The notes under the pieces were generated by a model. That model was given only the letters and a program-made list of their open reading frames with translations, searched no databases and was not told the DNA's origin. From NCBI GenBank assembly GCA_023664365.1, contig JAMPFR010000011.1:2922-66921 (forward strand): a stretch of 64,000 nt of DNA, in the 5' to 3' direction. This document shows positions 1-9,506 of the stretch, one piece after another. Source of the stretch: Acetatifactor muris. GTDB taxonomy: Bacteria; Bacillota; Clostridia; Lachnospirales; Lachnospiraceae. The translations under genes and the position numbers were made by a program. Every line of letters starts with the position of its first letter. Position 1 is the stretch's first letter.

Positions 1-10
1 AATCAGTGCT

Positions 11-1516
11 ATGGATCATAAACTGCATATTCCTAAGCGTAATCGTCATAACAGTTGGATATCTGAAGTTAATGGATGGACAAGGAATCGGATTGAGTAC
101 AGTTTTCGGCCCGCTTCATGGAAACAATATGTGTCCGAAATTGATGATATGAGAAGGAATGTCAATGAGTTGATTTTAGAAACGATTAAGCTGATTGATG
201 ATATTTACAAAAGAGGGCATTATACAAAAGAAAGGTGGAAGCGGGTTGAACATCGAATAAAAACATTTAAAAACCATATATTTGCGGAAAACAGACTTCC
301 ATTTTTGGCTGTTGATCCATACTGTCTCTATTCGGAGGGGAACGTCAAATGTCCGATATTGGATTATTTGCCGACACGTCAATTACTTTCCGTTGAGAAA
401 TATGAAAAGTTTAGAAAATTGCTGAACGATGTATATTCTTCTATAAAAAAATTTTATGATCAGTTTGCTGAAGTTCTTGTGGTAAGGATTCAAAAACAGG
501 ATATTAGTACCGTCAATAATCCAAGACTTGCGATGTTTAACTTATTTTCAGCAGCAAAAACCATTGTCAGTTTCCAACAAGAGTATATTTCGTTGTTTTC
601 CAGATATAGTTCTCTTAAGGAATCTTTTGCACAACAAGAACTCGAAAATGTGTTGACCTTAGTCAATGTCTGGCGGCATGTACTTGATAATCAACCGAAG
701 GGATATGCGATTGCCTATGATGCAAAACAAAAATATCGAAAAGGTTATGATTATTTTGAAAATGCTCTTGCGAAAGCCGTATGTGAGATGAAGGGTACAC
801 TTGTGAAAACGGAGCATTATGCATATATTATTGTTGATTGCGATGTTTTACAAGGAGAGACTTTTGAAAGTAAATATTTAAGTACTGTGTTGCAGATTAG
901 GAGTGTGTTTAGCGGTGCATTGATGCCATCCAGTGACAGGTGGTATGTTGAGACACAATCGTTAGAACTTGCGTATATTCCCAGCATATCAGGAATATAT
1001 TTTCCGGCTGCATTTAGGATTTCGTTTTACAAAGTTTTTGATGTAGATGAATCACAAATAATGGATACGATGTTTCCATGCGAAATTGAACAAGGACTGG
1101 AAGGACGCATTTCATCTGGGGGAATGCATAACAGATGGATAGAGGCAATGCAGAAAATTAGTATGATAAAGCTTTATTTACAATGTTATAAGCAAGTTTT
1201 GCAAGTCCCTGTTGATGAAAAATGCAATAATAGTATAATTGCGTTTCGGGTATCTCTTGTGGAGAAAATAGGACTTTTTTGGAGGGAATTGGCATCCTGC
1301 GAAGTATTGGTCAAGAAGCTTGCAGAAGAGGCGGACGGAGAGAGTAAACAGTATTTGGAAATGGTAAAATTATTCTTTGATATTTTTGATGATGTAAAAA
1401 ACTGTATTGAGGATCATAGCGATCCAAGTGAAATTATGCAGGTGATAGACAGTGTTTTCGGTTTAATGATTTTGCTTTTGCCATATGTAATAGAGCATAG
1501 CCTTGAGTGTGAATGA
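11..1516 (+). CDS. Hypothetical protein, 501 aa in window. The frame is open back to position 2, so the true N-terminus may lie upstream of the window
   Basis: Long uninterrupted ORF in AT-rich DNA with no competing ORF. I recognise no catalytic, NTP-binding or transmembrane motif. Confidence 0.6.
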   Translation: MDHKLHIPKRNRHNSWISEVNGWTRNRIEYSFRPASWKQYVSEIDDMRRNVNELILETIKLIDDIYKRGHYTKERWKRVEHRIKTFKNHIFAENRLPFLAVDPYCLYSEGNVKCPILDYLPTRQLLSVEKYEKFRKLLNDVYSSIKKFYDQFAEVLVVRIQKQDISTVNNPRLAMFNLFSAAKTIVSFQQEYISLFSRYSSLKESFAQQELENVLTLVNVWRHVLDNQPKGYAIAYDAKQKYRKGYDYFENALAKAVCEMKGTLVKTEHYAYIIVDCDVLQGETFESKYLSTVLQIRSVFSGALMPSSDRWYVETQSLELAYIPSISGIYFPAAFRISFYKVFDVDESQIMDTMFPCEIEQGLEGRISSGGMHNRWIEAMQKISMIKLYLQCYKQVLQVPVDEKCNNSIIAFRVSLVEKIGLFWRELASCEVLVKKLAEEADGESKQYLEMVKLFFDIFDDVKNCIEDHSDPSEIMQVIDSVFGLMILLLPYVIEHSLECE

Positions 1517-1802
1517 ATTTGAGATGCCCGGTTGATAATACATACGGTTTAGCTTCGGCTATTAGTGAAGTAGAAGTCGAAAAATCAAAGATTTCCACCC
1601 GTGCGACTGCGCAAACGAATTTATAAAAAGGGTTAGTCCTTACTTGACAGCAGGGTACGGGGAGAAGGTGAAGGCGTATTTAAGGAAGGGGGCCAGGCCT
1701 TTGAGGGGAGAGGCGGAGGTTCCCAATGCAAGAGTCGGATGGGGAGCGGTCTGCGTCAGCGAGAGCCTGCCGGAGTGAGATTATTTATAAAGCGGGTATA
1801 AT

Positions 1803-1843
1803 TAGGGAAAATTTTGAAATTGTATATAGCAAAGTTTTCCCTA
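1803..1843. promoter_or_regulatory. Operator candidate 1: 41-bp palindrome TAGGGAA(A)-N-(T)TTCCCTA
   Basis: TAGGGAAA at 1803-1810 and its complement TTTCCCTA at 1836-1843, in the leader of the Fic/Doc-like gene. Confidence 0.45.
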
Positions 1844-1851
1844 CAATGTTA

Positions 1852-1880
1852 TTGAAATATAGGGAATTTTTTGTTAATAT
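1852..1880 (+). promoter_or_regulatory. Candidate sigma-A promoter of the Fic/Doc-like gene
   Basis: TTGAAA (1852-1857), 17-nt spacer, TAATAT (1875-1880). The left half-site of palindrome 2 lies in the spacer. Confidence 0.4.
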
Positions 1881-1901
1881 ATATTTTAATAAAGTTCCCT
1901 A
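1860..1901. promoter_or_regulatory. Operator candidate 2: 42-bp palindrome TAGGGAA-N-TTCCCTA
   Basis: TAGGGAA at 1860-1866 and TTCCCTA at 1895-1901, ending 4 nt before the GAAGGAG RBS (1906-1912). Confidence 0.45.
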
Positions 1902-1918
1902 TATGAAGGAGTATAAAA

Positions 1919-2857
1919 ATGGAGGCCAATTTTATAGAGATACAGGAACTTTTACAACAGAGAGCGGACTATCAGGCAAGATTAAAGCTTATGCCTTATG
2001 ACGGAACGCCTGAAATAAAAGAACAGGGCAGCGGTAAGTATCTATATATAAGGAAACGTATTGCCGGAAAACTGACATCTACATATGTGGGTGTTTACTC
2101 AGATGAGTTATATCAGCTGCTCTTGCGGAATGTCAGAGAAGCCAGGGAACTGAATAAGAACATTCGCCATGTAAATAAGAAACTGTCTTCATTAGGATAT
2201 GAGGATAAGGGGCTTTCCGGAAGAGTTTTGGATAATATGGAATTTGCCAGAGCAAACATGAAAGCAAACATTTATGATCAGGCAGTTTTGGAGGGAGTAG
2301 CGACATCTTTCCCGCAAACGGAAGAAATCATAGAGAATGGAATTGTCAATGGAGTATCTGCAGCAGATGTACAGAAAATTTTGAATTTAAAGCATGCGTG
2401 GGAATTTATATTAGATCAGGATGTGCTTCAAAGTGAGACGAATTATTACATGTTATGCCATGTTGCAAAGATCGTAAATGAAGGTTTTTTTTATGACGGA
2501 GGAAGAATCAGAGGAGTGCCGGTCACAATCGGGGCTTCCAGTTATATTCCGCCGCTGCCTGTGGAATCAGTGGTAAAGGAACAAATAGCCATAATAACCG
2601 GACAGGAGAAAGAAGCAATAGATGTTGCGATTGAATTATGCCTGTATTGCATGAAAACGCAAGTGTTTTTAGACGGAAATAAAAGAGCGTCCGTGATTTT
2701 TGCAAACCATTATTTGATTGCGCATGGAATGGGAGTTTTGGTGATACCGGAAAAAGAAGTGCCGGAGTTCAAGAAACTTCTTGTAGCATTTTATGAGGGC
2801 GAAGATGCCAGTGTACTATATGATTTTATGAAAGAGCGATGCTGGAAAAATTTTTGA
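1919..2857 (+). CDS. Fic/Doc-fold protein with a Doc-like core motif and Gln in place of the catalytic His
   Basis: Core motif QVFLDGNKRAS (aa 248-258) against Fic HPFxDGNGRxxR and Doc HxFx[DN][AG]NKR. An upstream LEG motif (aa 124-126) resembles the Fic inhibitory-helix [ST]xxxE[GN] with Gln121 at the S/T position. Strong RBS GAAGGAG. Confidence 0.75.
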   Translation: MEANFIEIQELLQQRADYQARLKLMPYDGTPEIKEQGSGKYLYIRKRIAGKLTSTYVGVYSDELYQLLLRNVREARELNKNIRHVNKKLSSLGYEDKGLSGRVLDNMEFARANMKANIYDQAVLEGVATSFPQTEEIIENGIVNGVSAADVQKILNLKHAWEFILDQDVLQSETNYYMLCHVAKIVNEGFFYDGGRIRGVPVTIGASSYIPPLPVESVVKEQIAIITGQEKEAIDVAIELCLYCMKTQVFLDGNKRASVIFANHYLIAHGMGVLVIPEKEVPEFKKLLVAFYEGEDASVLYDFMKERCWKNF

Positions 2858-2924
2858 CAGGATAGTTCTAATATAGAAAACGGAATCTGCAGTTTGGTTA
2901 TTTCGCGGGCAGAAAGGACACTTT

Positions 2925-3818
2925 ATGAAAAAGACCGTAAAAGATATTATACTCATTTTGTTGGTTGTGACATTGGGCGTTACCACTGCTCTTTTTGCAT
3001 ATTTGCATTTTTCCCGGCCGGACGACAGGAATCTTACCGGAGAGTGGGTGGCGGAGCTGGACATGACGGAACAGGCTGCTGTCACGGCTCTGGGCTGGCT
3101 GCAGGAGATAGAAGCCGTCTCCGTCTCTCTGGAGGATATGGAGGCATATATGCAGGATTTGACTGTTCAGGTCAGTCTCACTATGGAGCAGACCGGCCGT
3201 GCCGGGGGAAGCTTCCGCTGCCGGGTGCTGCCGGAAAGCTATGAGGCCTGCAGGCAGGCTGCCTATGAAGGCTTTGCCGGGGTCTTTCTGGAGCTTTTGA
3301 CCGAAAGGCTTCATATGGCGGGCTATACGGGCAGTACGGACAGGGAAACTCTGGAAGGACTGGTAACCGAGACCTTCGGCATGTCTGCGGCGTCCTATCT
3401 GATGGCCTGCGGCCCTGCCCTTTTGCCGTCGTTGGAGGAATTACAGGCGAAATATGAAGGCAGCGGCACCTATGAAGCAGCGGATGGCATCCTTATCAGG
3501 CGGTTTGCCGCGGACGGGTCTGCAGTCGGTGAGCCTGCCGCTGCCGGTTCTGCTGTCGGAGCGTCCGCATCCGGCGGTCCCGCCGTGGGAGAGAGTGCAA
3601 TCAGCGGAACAGTTGTAATATCCGCGTACTATATCCGGCAGGCATCCGGCCTGATCGTGACCGGACCAGTCAATGAAGAGGCTGATATTGACGCCGATAC
3701 GACCGTCGGCAGAGAAGCCGATACTGACAGTGATACAGCCGCCGGCAGAGCTGCCCTGCCGGGCGGATATTTTGACGATTACCCTATACTATATACCTTA
3801 AAACAGTCTCAGGAATAA
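2925..3818 (+). CDS. Membrane-anchored hypothetical protein with a low-complexity Ala/Gly/Ser-rich segment
   Basis: N-terminal hydrophobic helix (ILILLVVTLGVTTALFAY). Repeats such as GSAVGEPAAAGSAVGASASGGPAVGES. The shift to GC-rich DNA starts about 2880. Confidence 0.7.
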   Translation: MKKTVKDIILILLVVTLGVTTALFAYLHFSRPDDRNLTGEWVAELDMTEQAAVTALGWLQEIEAVSVSLEDMEAYMQDLTVQVSLTMEQTGRAGGSFRCRVLPESYEACRQAAYEGFAGVFLELLTERLHMAGYTGSTDRETLEGLVTETFGMSAASYLMACGPALLPSLEELQAKYEGSGTYEAADGILIRRFAADGSAVGEPAAAGSAVGASASGGPAVGESAISGTVVISAYYIRQASGLIVTGPVNEEADIDADTTVGREADTDSDTAAGRAALPGGYFDDYPILYTLKQSQE

Positions 3819-3829
3819 AAGGAGCTTCC

Positions 3830-5308
3830 ATGAAAAGAATGTTACGAAAGTTAAGTCCGTTTATTATGTCCGCAGTTATGGTGTGTTATATGATGTGGGC
3901 CGCCCTGCCTGTCAGCGCGGCCAATTATGAGATTCCCGGAACCTGTCAGGTACAGACGGATACCGGTATCTCCCGCAGGGTGAAAACCCTGGATTACAGC
4001 TATGAGAATAATACCTATCTCTCCCTCCGGGATATGGCCGTGGCGCTGAAAGGTACGGACAAAGCATTCTCCCTGGAGATTAAGAAAAGTGCCGTTTCCC
4101 TGAACATTGGGGGCGAATATGCTCCTGTGGGAACGGAAGAATTTTTCTGGGAGAACAGTGAAAATCCGGATATCACCCTGCGGCGGAATGAATTTAAGGT
4201 AAACGGACAGGACGTATATTATTATACCATGATTACGAAGCTGCCCTCCGGCTATTATGACTGCTTTATGATGGCGGCGGATCTGGCTATGATTCTGGAT
4301 ACGGATATCCATGTCTCTGAGGAAGGTTCTGTGGAAATCAATACGGGAGAGCCCTTCAGCGTTTCTCCTGCCGAACTGGAACAGGACGGATATTTTTACG
4401 GGGTGAACAGTGTGCTGGTGGGGGACGCAGGCACCGGAGAAATTTATTATCGGTACCAGTCTGACGAGGCATATCCCATAGCCAGCACCACCAAGCTTAT
4501 GACATGCCTTCTGACCTTGGAAGCCATTTCGGAGGGGCGGCTTGCCCCGGAGGAACAGGTGACGGTTTCGGAGGCGGCCCAGACTCTGGCCGCCTCGTCG
4601 GACGGTGTGCTGCCGCTGGAAGCGGGACAACGGATCACGGTGCGGGAGCTGCTGTTGGGCGCTCTTCTGCCCTCCAGCAACGAGTGCGCGCTGTGCCTGG
4701 CGGAAAGAATTGACGGTTCGGAGGAAGCCTTTGTGGAAAGGATGAATCAGAAAGCCCTGGATTTGGGACTTTCTCAGGCAATTTTCTTCAACAGCCACGG
4801 CCTGCCTTACTATACCGAGGAGGCTGTTCCCGCAAAGTGCCAGAACCGTATGAGCGCGGAGGATATGTTCCGGCTGGTATCTTATCTTTTAAAGGTGTAT
4901 CCCCAGATTACGGACATGACTTCCCTGAAATCCGCCACCCTGGAATCCCTTGGCCGGGAAGTGCGCAATACCAACCCGCTTCTGTATAATCTGCCGGGGG
5001 TTACCGGGTTAAAAACCGGAACCACCAATAAAGCAGGCGCCTGCCTGATTACGTCTCTGCCTGTGGACGACGGAGTTATGGAGCATGATCTGGTGGTGAT
5101 CGTGCTGGGGACGGAGGATTCCATAGAGCGGGGCCGGGTCTCGGGGCTGCTGGCAAGATATGCCATGCAGGCTTTTGCAACGGGAACCGAAGGCGTCATG
5201 GACGGAGAGCAGTCTGAAACCGGAGAAGCCCTGCAGACGCCCGGGAAGCTGCCGGTAAATGCGGAGGCGGCGGTAGACTGCATTTTGCGGACGGCAAAAA
5301 AGCGCTGA
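3830..5308 (+). CDS. Serine-type D-Ala-D-Ala carboxypeptidase (S11/PBP5-like) with an N-terminal extra domain of about 200 aa
   Basis: Signal peptide. SxxK (STTK), SxN (SSNE) and KTG (KTGTT) motifs in the canonical order. Confidence 0.88.
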   Translation: MKRMLRKLSPFIMSAVMVCYMMWAALPVSAANYEIPGTCQVQTDTGISRRVKTLDYSYENNTYLSLRDMAVALKGTDKAFSLEIKKSAVSLNIGGEYAPVGTEEFFWENSENPDITLRRNEFKVNGQDVYYYTMITKLPSGYYDCFMMAADLAMILDTDIHVSEEGSVEINTGEPFSVSPAELEQDGYFYGVNSVLVGDAGTGEIYYRYQSDEAYPIASTTKLMTCLLTLEAISEGRLAPEEQVTVSEAAQTLAASSDGVLPLEAGQRITVRELLLGALLPSSNECALCLAERIDGSEEAFVERMNQKALDLGLSQAIFFNSHGLPYYTEEAVPAKCQNRMSAEDMFRLVSYLLKVYPQITDMTSLKSATLESLGREVRNTNPLLYNLPGVTGLKTGTTNKAGACLITSLPVDDGVMEHDLVVIVLGTEDSIERGRVSGLLARYAMQAFATGTEGVMDGEQSETGEALQTPGKLPVNAEAAVDCILRTAKKR

Positions 5309-5398
5309 AGGTTGTTTTTTTTCATAGATGCTGATATACTTATGATATTCGGGTAGTGATACCCGCATTTTGAGTGGAAAGAAATAAGAGGTACTATT

Positions 5399-8300
5399 AT
5401 GAACATGAAGAAACAAAAGCCGTTACGAGGAATCCTTTACGCCGTTTTTCTGATGGCGGGTATTATTCTGTTGTTCTTCTGGTTTACGAAGCAGAACAGC
5501 AGACGGACAGAAGAGCAGAACCGGGATTATGCCGCGGATTCCGCCCGTATGAAGGCGGAGCATATCGATCACGAGCTGACCAATGCCCTGAACAGGATCA
5601 GGACCTATTCCTATTTTGTGGGAGAAAGTCTGACAGAGCCGACGATTACCGCGGAGCTGCTGGCGAGGCTGGAGGAAAATTCCCAGTTTGACGCCATTAT
5701 GTATACGGACGTAAACGGTACGGACTATATTTCCGACGGGCGGACCGCGGATGTGACATATCGGGAGTTCTATATTGAAGGCATCAAGGGAAACAGCGGC
5801 GTTGAGATCATATTCAATCCGCACTTTTTTCCGGGGACAAAGGTGGCCTGCTTTTACACGCCGGTCTATTATAAGGGAGAGCTCATAGGGGTGCTGCGGG
5901 GGGCTTTCCTGGCGGAGGAATATCTGCAGGATATGCTTGCCACTACTTACTTCGGAGAAACGGCGCAGGTGTATCTGTGTATGACGGACGGCAGGCTGAT
6001 GGCCAGTTCAGACGGAACGGCTTATGACGGGCATCTTCTTGATATGCTGACGGAGGAAGAGATGATTGACCGGAAGGCTGCGGAGCAGGTGCGTAATATT
6101 CTGGAAAATGGCGGGGAGGGTGCGTTCAACTGCGATTCTTCCAGCAGTACGGACAATATATGTGTTATGCATCTGCCCAATAATCCCTATGTTCTGGTAC
6201 AGACATTTCCCAAAAACGTGACACAGAGCATGATAGCCAAAGAAAATCTGGTGGGCGTCCAGCTGGAGGCCATGCTCATTGCGCTGTTTGTGGTCTATAT
6301 TGCTATCATCCTGCTTCGGGCAGGGCGCAGGCGTAAGCTGCTGGAGAAGGAAAACCGGGAGATGGGTTACATCATAAGCGGCGTGAATACGTTATTTACC
6401 CGATTTGCCATGGTTGATTTTGAAGAAAATACTTATCAGTATCTGGCGGAAACAAAGCCGGAGGGAGAAATTGCGGAAAGCGGAAATTATCAGGATCTTA
6501 TCGTTTACCTGGCTTCCCCCCTGGTAGAAGGCAGTTGTCAGGACTTTATGGATTTCATGGACAGAGACGCCATTATCAGCGCCATGTCAAAACGGGACGA
6601 TCTGCGGTATGAGTGCTGTGTCATCAGAAACGGGCGTCAGGAATGGGAGCATATGAACTTGGTGTGTCTGGAGAGAAAGGACAATCAGGTTTCAAAGGTT
6701 CTGTTTATTCGCCAGAATGTAACGGAATTGAAGGAAAGAGAACTGCGCATCCAGGCGGAGAGAGCTACTGCAAACCGCAAGGAGAGACAGTATCAGATAG
6801 CAATCATGTCCAATTCCTTCTGCAGCTTCGAGTTCAATCTGACTCAGGATATTGTGGAACAGGACATTGTCAGAGTGGTAGACGGGCAGAAGGTGTCGCT
6901 TCTGGAGCAGGCGGGGTTGAAGGCTCCCTGCAGGGCTTCCGAGTGCTTTGAAAAATGGAAACGGTTTGTCCTTGAGGAATCGCTGGAGGAGTATTCCGCC
7001 GTCGTAAATACGGAGAATCTGCTTCGCTGCTATGCCCGGGGAGAAAGAGAAGTGGTGGCCGAATACTGGGGAACGGATTCGGACGGGGGACAGATGTGCG
7101 TGCGGCAGTCCTTTGTGATGACCCAGGACGACAACACGGGAGACGTCCTGGTCATGGTGGTGTCCAAAGACATTACGGAGCAGGTGAGAAAGCAGCGTGA
7201 GCAGACCCAGGCCCTGCAGGACGCGCTGCTCCAGGCGCAGCATGCCAATAAGGCAAAGACTACGTTCCTGTCCAATATGTCTCATGACATCCGCACTCCC
7301 ATGAATGCCATTATCGGCTTTTCCACCATTGCCGTCAGCCATATTGACAACAGGGAGCAGGTTCTGGACTGCCTGCAGAAGGTTCTCTCCTCCAGCAATC
7401 ATCTGCTCAGCCTGATTAACGATATTCTGGACATGAGCAGGATCGAGAGCGGTAAGGTACAGATTAAGGAGCAGGAGTGCAATATCTCCGAGCTGATGCA
7501 CAATCTGGTAAATATTATCCAGCCTCAGATCAAGGCAAAGCAGCTGGAGCTGTTTATCGATACCTTTGAAGTTGCCAATGAGGATGTGATTGCCGACCCG
7601 TTGAAGCTGAATCAGGTGTTCATCAATCTGTTGAGCAATGCGGTGAAATACACGCCGGCGGGAGGCACGGTCTCCTTCCGGATCATGCAGAAGACCACCT
7701 TCCGACACGGATACGGGGATTACACGTTTATCATTAAAGACAACGGCATCGGTATGTCTCCCGAGTTTGTGGAGCATATTTTTGAACCCTTTGAGCGGGA
7801 ATCCACGGTGACCCAGAGCGGTATCCAGGGAACGGGACTGGGCATGGCCATCACCGAGAATATAGTAGAGATGATGAACGGCACCATTAACGTGGAGAGC
7901 GAAGCAGGTAAGGGCAGCACCTTTACGGTGAACCTGGAGCTGAAGCTCCAGGATACGGAAAAGAATGCGGAGCAGATCAAGGAGCTGGAAGGGCTGCGGG
8001 CATTGGTGGTGGACGATGATTTCAATACCTGTGACAGTGTCAGCCGGATGCTGAAGCAGATCGGCCTGCGCTCCGAGTGGACAACCTCCGGCAAGGAGGC
8101 GGTGTATCGTGCGAAGGGTGCCCGTGCGGAGGGAGATTCCTACCATACCTTCATTATCGACTGGCAGATGCCGGGCTTAAGCGGCGTGGAAACTGCCCGG
8201 CAGATTCGGCAGGTGATTGGCAGCGAGGCGGCCATTATCATTCTCACTGCCTATGAGTGGTCGGATATAGAGGATGAGGCAAGGGCTGCAGGGGTGACTG

Positions 8301-8791
8301 CCTTCTGCGCCAAGCCCATGTTTATGTCGGATTTGAAAAATGTGCTGCTGGCCGCTAACAATCTGCAGGAGAAACAGGAGGAAGTACCGGAATGGACCCT
8401 GGCTGATTTCAGCGGGAAACGGGTTCTCCTGGTGGAGGACAACGAGCTGAACCGGGAGATAGCCCAGGTGATCCTGGAGGAGTCCGGCTTTCTGGTGGAT
8501 ACGGCGCCGGACGGAACGGATGCAGTGGCCATTATGGAAAAGGCGGAGGAGCATTACTATGACGCCATACTGATGGATGTGCAGATGCCGATCATGAACG
8601 GTTATGAGGCCACCAGAACAATCCGCAGGCTTCCCAGAGAGGATGTGAAGGATCTGCCCATTATCGCCATGACTGCCAACGCCATGGAGGAGGACAAGGA
8701 GACGGCGTTAATGAACGGCATGAACGCCCATATTGCAAAGCCGCTGGATATGGACATCTTTATCGGGGTGCTGAAAAAGTTTATGGGGTAA
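5399..8791 (+). CDS. Hybrid sensor histidine kinase with an extracytoplasmic sensor region and two C-terminal receiver domains
   Basis: Two TM segments flank a sensor region. H-box SHDIRTPMNAI, N-box LLSNAVKYTPAGG, G-boxes DNGIGM and GTGLGM. Two REC domains (VVDDD...DWQMPGLSG and LVEDN...MDVQMPIMNG). Confidence 0.92.
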   Translation: MNMKKQKPLRGILYAVFLMAGIILLFFWFTKQNSRRTEEQNRDYAADSARMKAEHIDHELTNALNRIRTYSYFVGESLTEPTITAELLARLEENSQFDAIMYTDVNGTDYISDGRTADVTYREFYIEGIKGNSGVEIIFNPHFFPGTKVACFYTPVYYKGELIGVLRGAFLAEEYLQDMLATTYFGETAQVYLCMTDGRLMASSDGTAYDGHLLDMLTEEEMIDRKAAEQVRNILENGGEGAFNCDSSSSTDNICVMHLPNNPYVLVQTFPKNVTQSMIAKENLVGVQLEAMLIALFVVYIAIILLRAGRRRKLLEKENREMGYIISGVNTLFTRFAMVDFEENTYQYLAETKPEGEIAESGNYQDLIVYLASPLVEGSCQDFMDFMDRDAIISAMSKRDDLRYECCVIRNGRQEWEHMNLVCLERKDNQVSKVLFIRQNVTELKERELRIQAERATANRKERQYQIAIMSNSFCSFEFNLTQDIVEQDIVRVVDGQKVSLLEQAGLKAPCRASECFEKWKRFVLEESLEEYSAVVNTENLLRCYARGEREVVAEYWGTDSDGGQMCVRQSFVMTQDDNTGDVLVMVVSKDITEQVRKQREQTQALQDALLQAQHANKAKTTFLSNMSHDIRTPMNAIIGFSTIAVSHIDNREQVLDCLQKVLSSSNHLLSLINDILDMSRIESGKVQIKEQECNISELMHNLVNIIQPQIKAKQLELFIDTFEVANEDVIADPLKLNQVFINLLSNAVKYTPAGGTVSFRIMQKTTFRHGYGDYTFIIKDNGIGMSPEFVEHIFEPFERESTVTQSGIQGTGLGMAITENIVEMMNGTINVESEAGKGSTFTVNLELKLQDTEKNAEQIKELEGLRALVVDDDFNTCDSVSRMLKQIGLRSEWTTSGKEAVYRAKGARAEGDSYHTFIIDWQMPGLSGVETARQIRQVIGSEAAIIILTAYEWSDIEDEARAAGVTAFCAKPMFMSDLKNVLLAANNLQEKQEEVPEWTLADFSGKRVLLVEDNELNREIAQVILEESGFLVDTAPDGTDAVAIMEKAEEHYYDAILMDVQMPIMNGYEATRTIRRLPREDVKDLPIIAMTANAMEEDKETALMNGMNAHIAKPLDMDIFIGVLKKFMG

Positions 8792-8815
8792 GGAAAGGGA
8801 GCTGACAATCAATAA

Positions 8816-9152
8816 ATGATCACAGGCGAATTAAAAAATAAGATTGACAATATGTGGGATGTGTTTGCAGCGGGCGGCCTGGTAAATCCGCTGGAGGTCA
8901 TTGAACAGGTCACCTATTTGATGTTTATTCATGACATGGATGACGCAGATAACATCAGGGCGGAACGGCCAATTTAGAACTCCCCGCCATATTATTCGCA
9001 TGATGGTGGAATTAATGGCCCCCAAGCCGGAGGATACCATTTGTGACCTGGCCTGCGGTACATCCGGGTTTCTGGTGACGGCAGGGGAATACCTGAAAGA
9101 AATCTGGCTGGATTTGATTTTGAGCCGGGAACTTCACATGGTGGTGGATTGA
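8816..9152 (+). pseudogene. hsdM: Type I restriction-modification methyltransferase (HsdM) remnant, frameshifted and truncated
   Basis: Frame 2 reads ...[35 protein letters not shown] then a stop. Frame 0 reads [42 protein letters not shown] then ends early. Both are typical HsdM N-terminal and AdoMet-motif blocks. Confidence 0.8.
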
Positions 9153-9224
9153 AGCGAGGATGATAATATAGTCTTGAAAGCATTTTTGTAACATGACATA
9201 GGGGATGCAGAAGGAGTGCGGAAA

Positions 9225-9506
9225 ATGAACAACGAATTAATAAGGGAAAAAGTATTGTCAATTGTGGATGAATATCCAATAAAAAGGATTACTTTGTTTG
9301 GATCGCGTGCAGAAGAAACAAATCAGGAGAACAGTGATGTGGATCTGATTATGGAGTTTTCAGAACCAATCTCGCTTTTGATGTTATCAGATATCAAATT
9401 GCAATTAGAAGATATTTTAGGCTTGAAGGTAGATATTGTCCACGGCCCGATTCGAGAGGGGGATTTGCTTGAGGTGGGGAAGGAGATAGAATTATATGCC
9501 GCATAG
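9225..9506 (+). CDS. mntA: Nucleotidyltransferase-domain antitoxin (MNT/MntA type)
   Basis: GSRAEETNQENSDVDL matches the GS-x(9-10)-DxD minimal nucleotidyltransferase motif. RBS AAGGAG is 8 nt upstream. The gene overlaps the downstream HEPN gene by 11 nt. Confidence 0.85.
   Translation: MNNELIREKVLSIVDEYPIKRITLFGSRAEETNQENSDVDLIMEFSEPISLLMLSDIKLQLEDILGLKVDIVHGPIREGDLLEVGKEIELYAA

Noticed and set aside
1640-1790. Purine-rich, GC-rich stretch of about 150 nt inside the AT-rich spacer between the two island-1 genes; possible ncRNA (for example retron-like or riboswitch)
   Set aside because: I could not fold it into a convincing conserved structure by eye. It has no flanking promoter or terminator and no reverse transcriptase nearby. 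The overlapping ORF at 1726-2001 has no RBS and runs into the Fic/Doc-like gene. It may be a relic of deleted coding sequence.
6692-8146. Long antisense ORF (484 aa) opposite the histidine kinase gene. Similar ones lie at 19609-20739, 23388-25112, 50623-51741 and 57355-59046
   Set aside because: All lie entirely inside strongly recognisable genes on the other strand. They have Arg/Pro/Gly-rich, low-complexity translations typical of shadow ORFs in GC-rich coding DNA, and they have no RBS.
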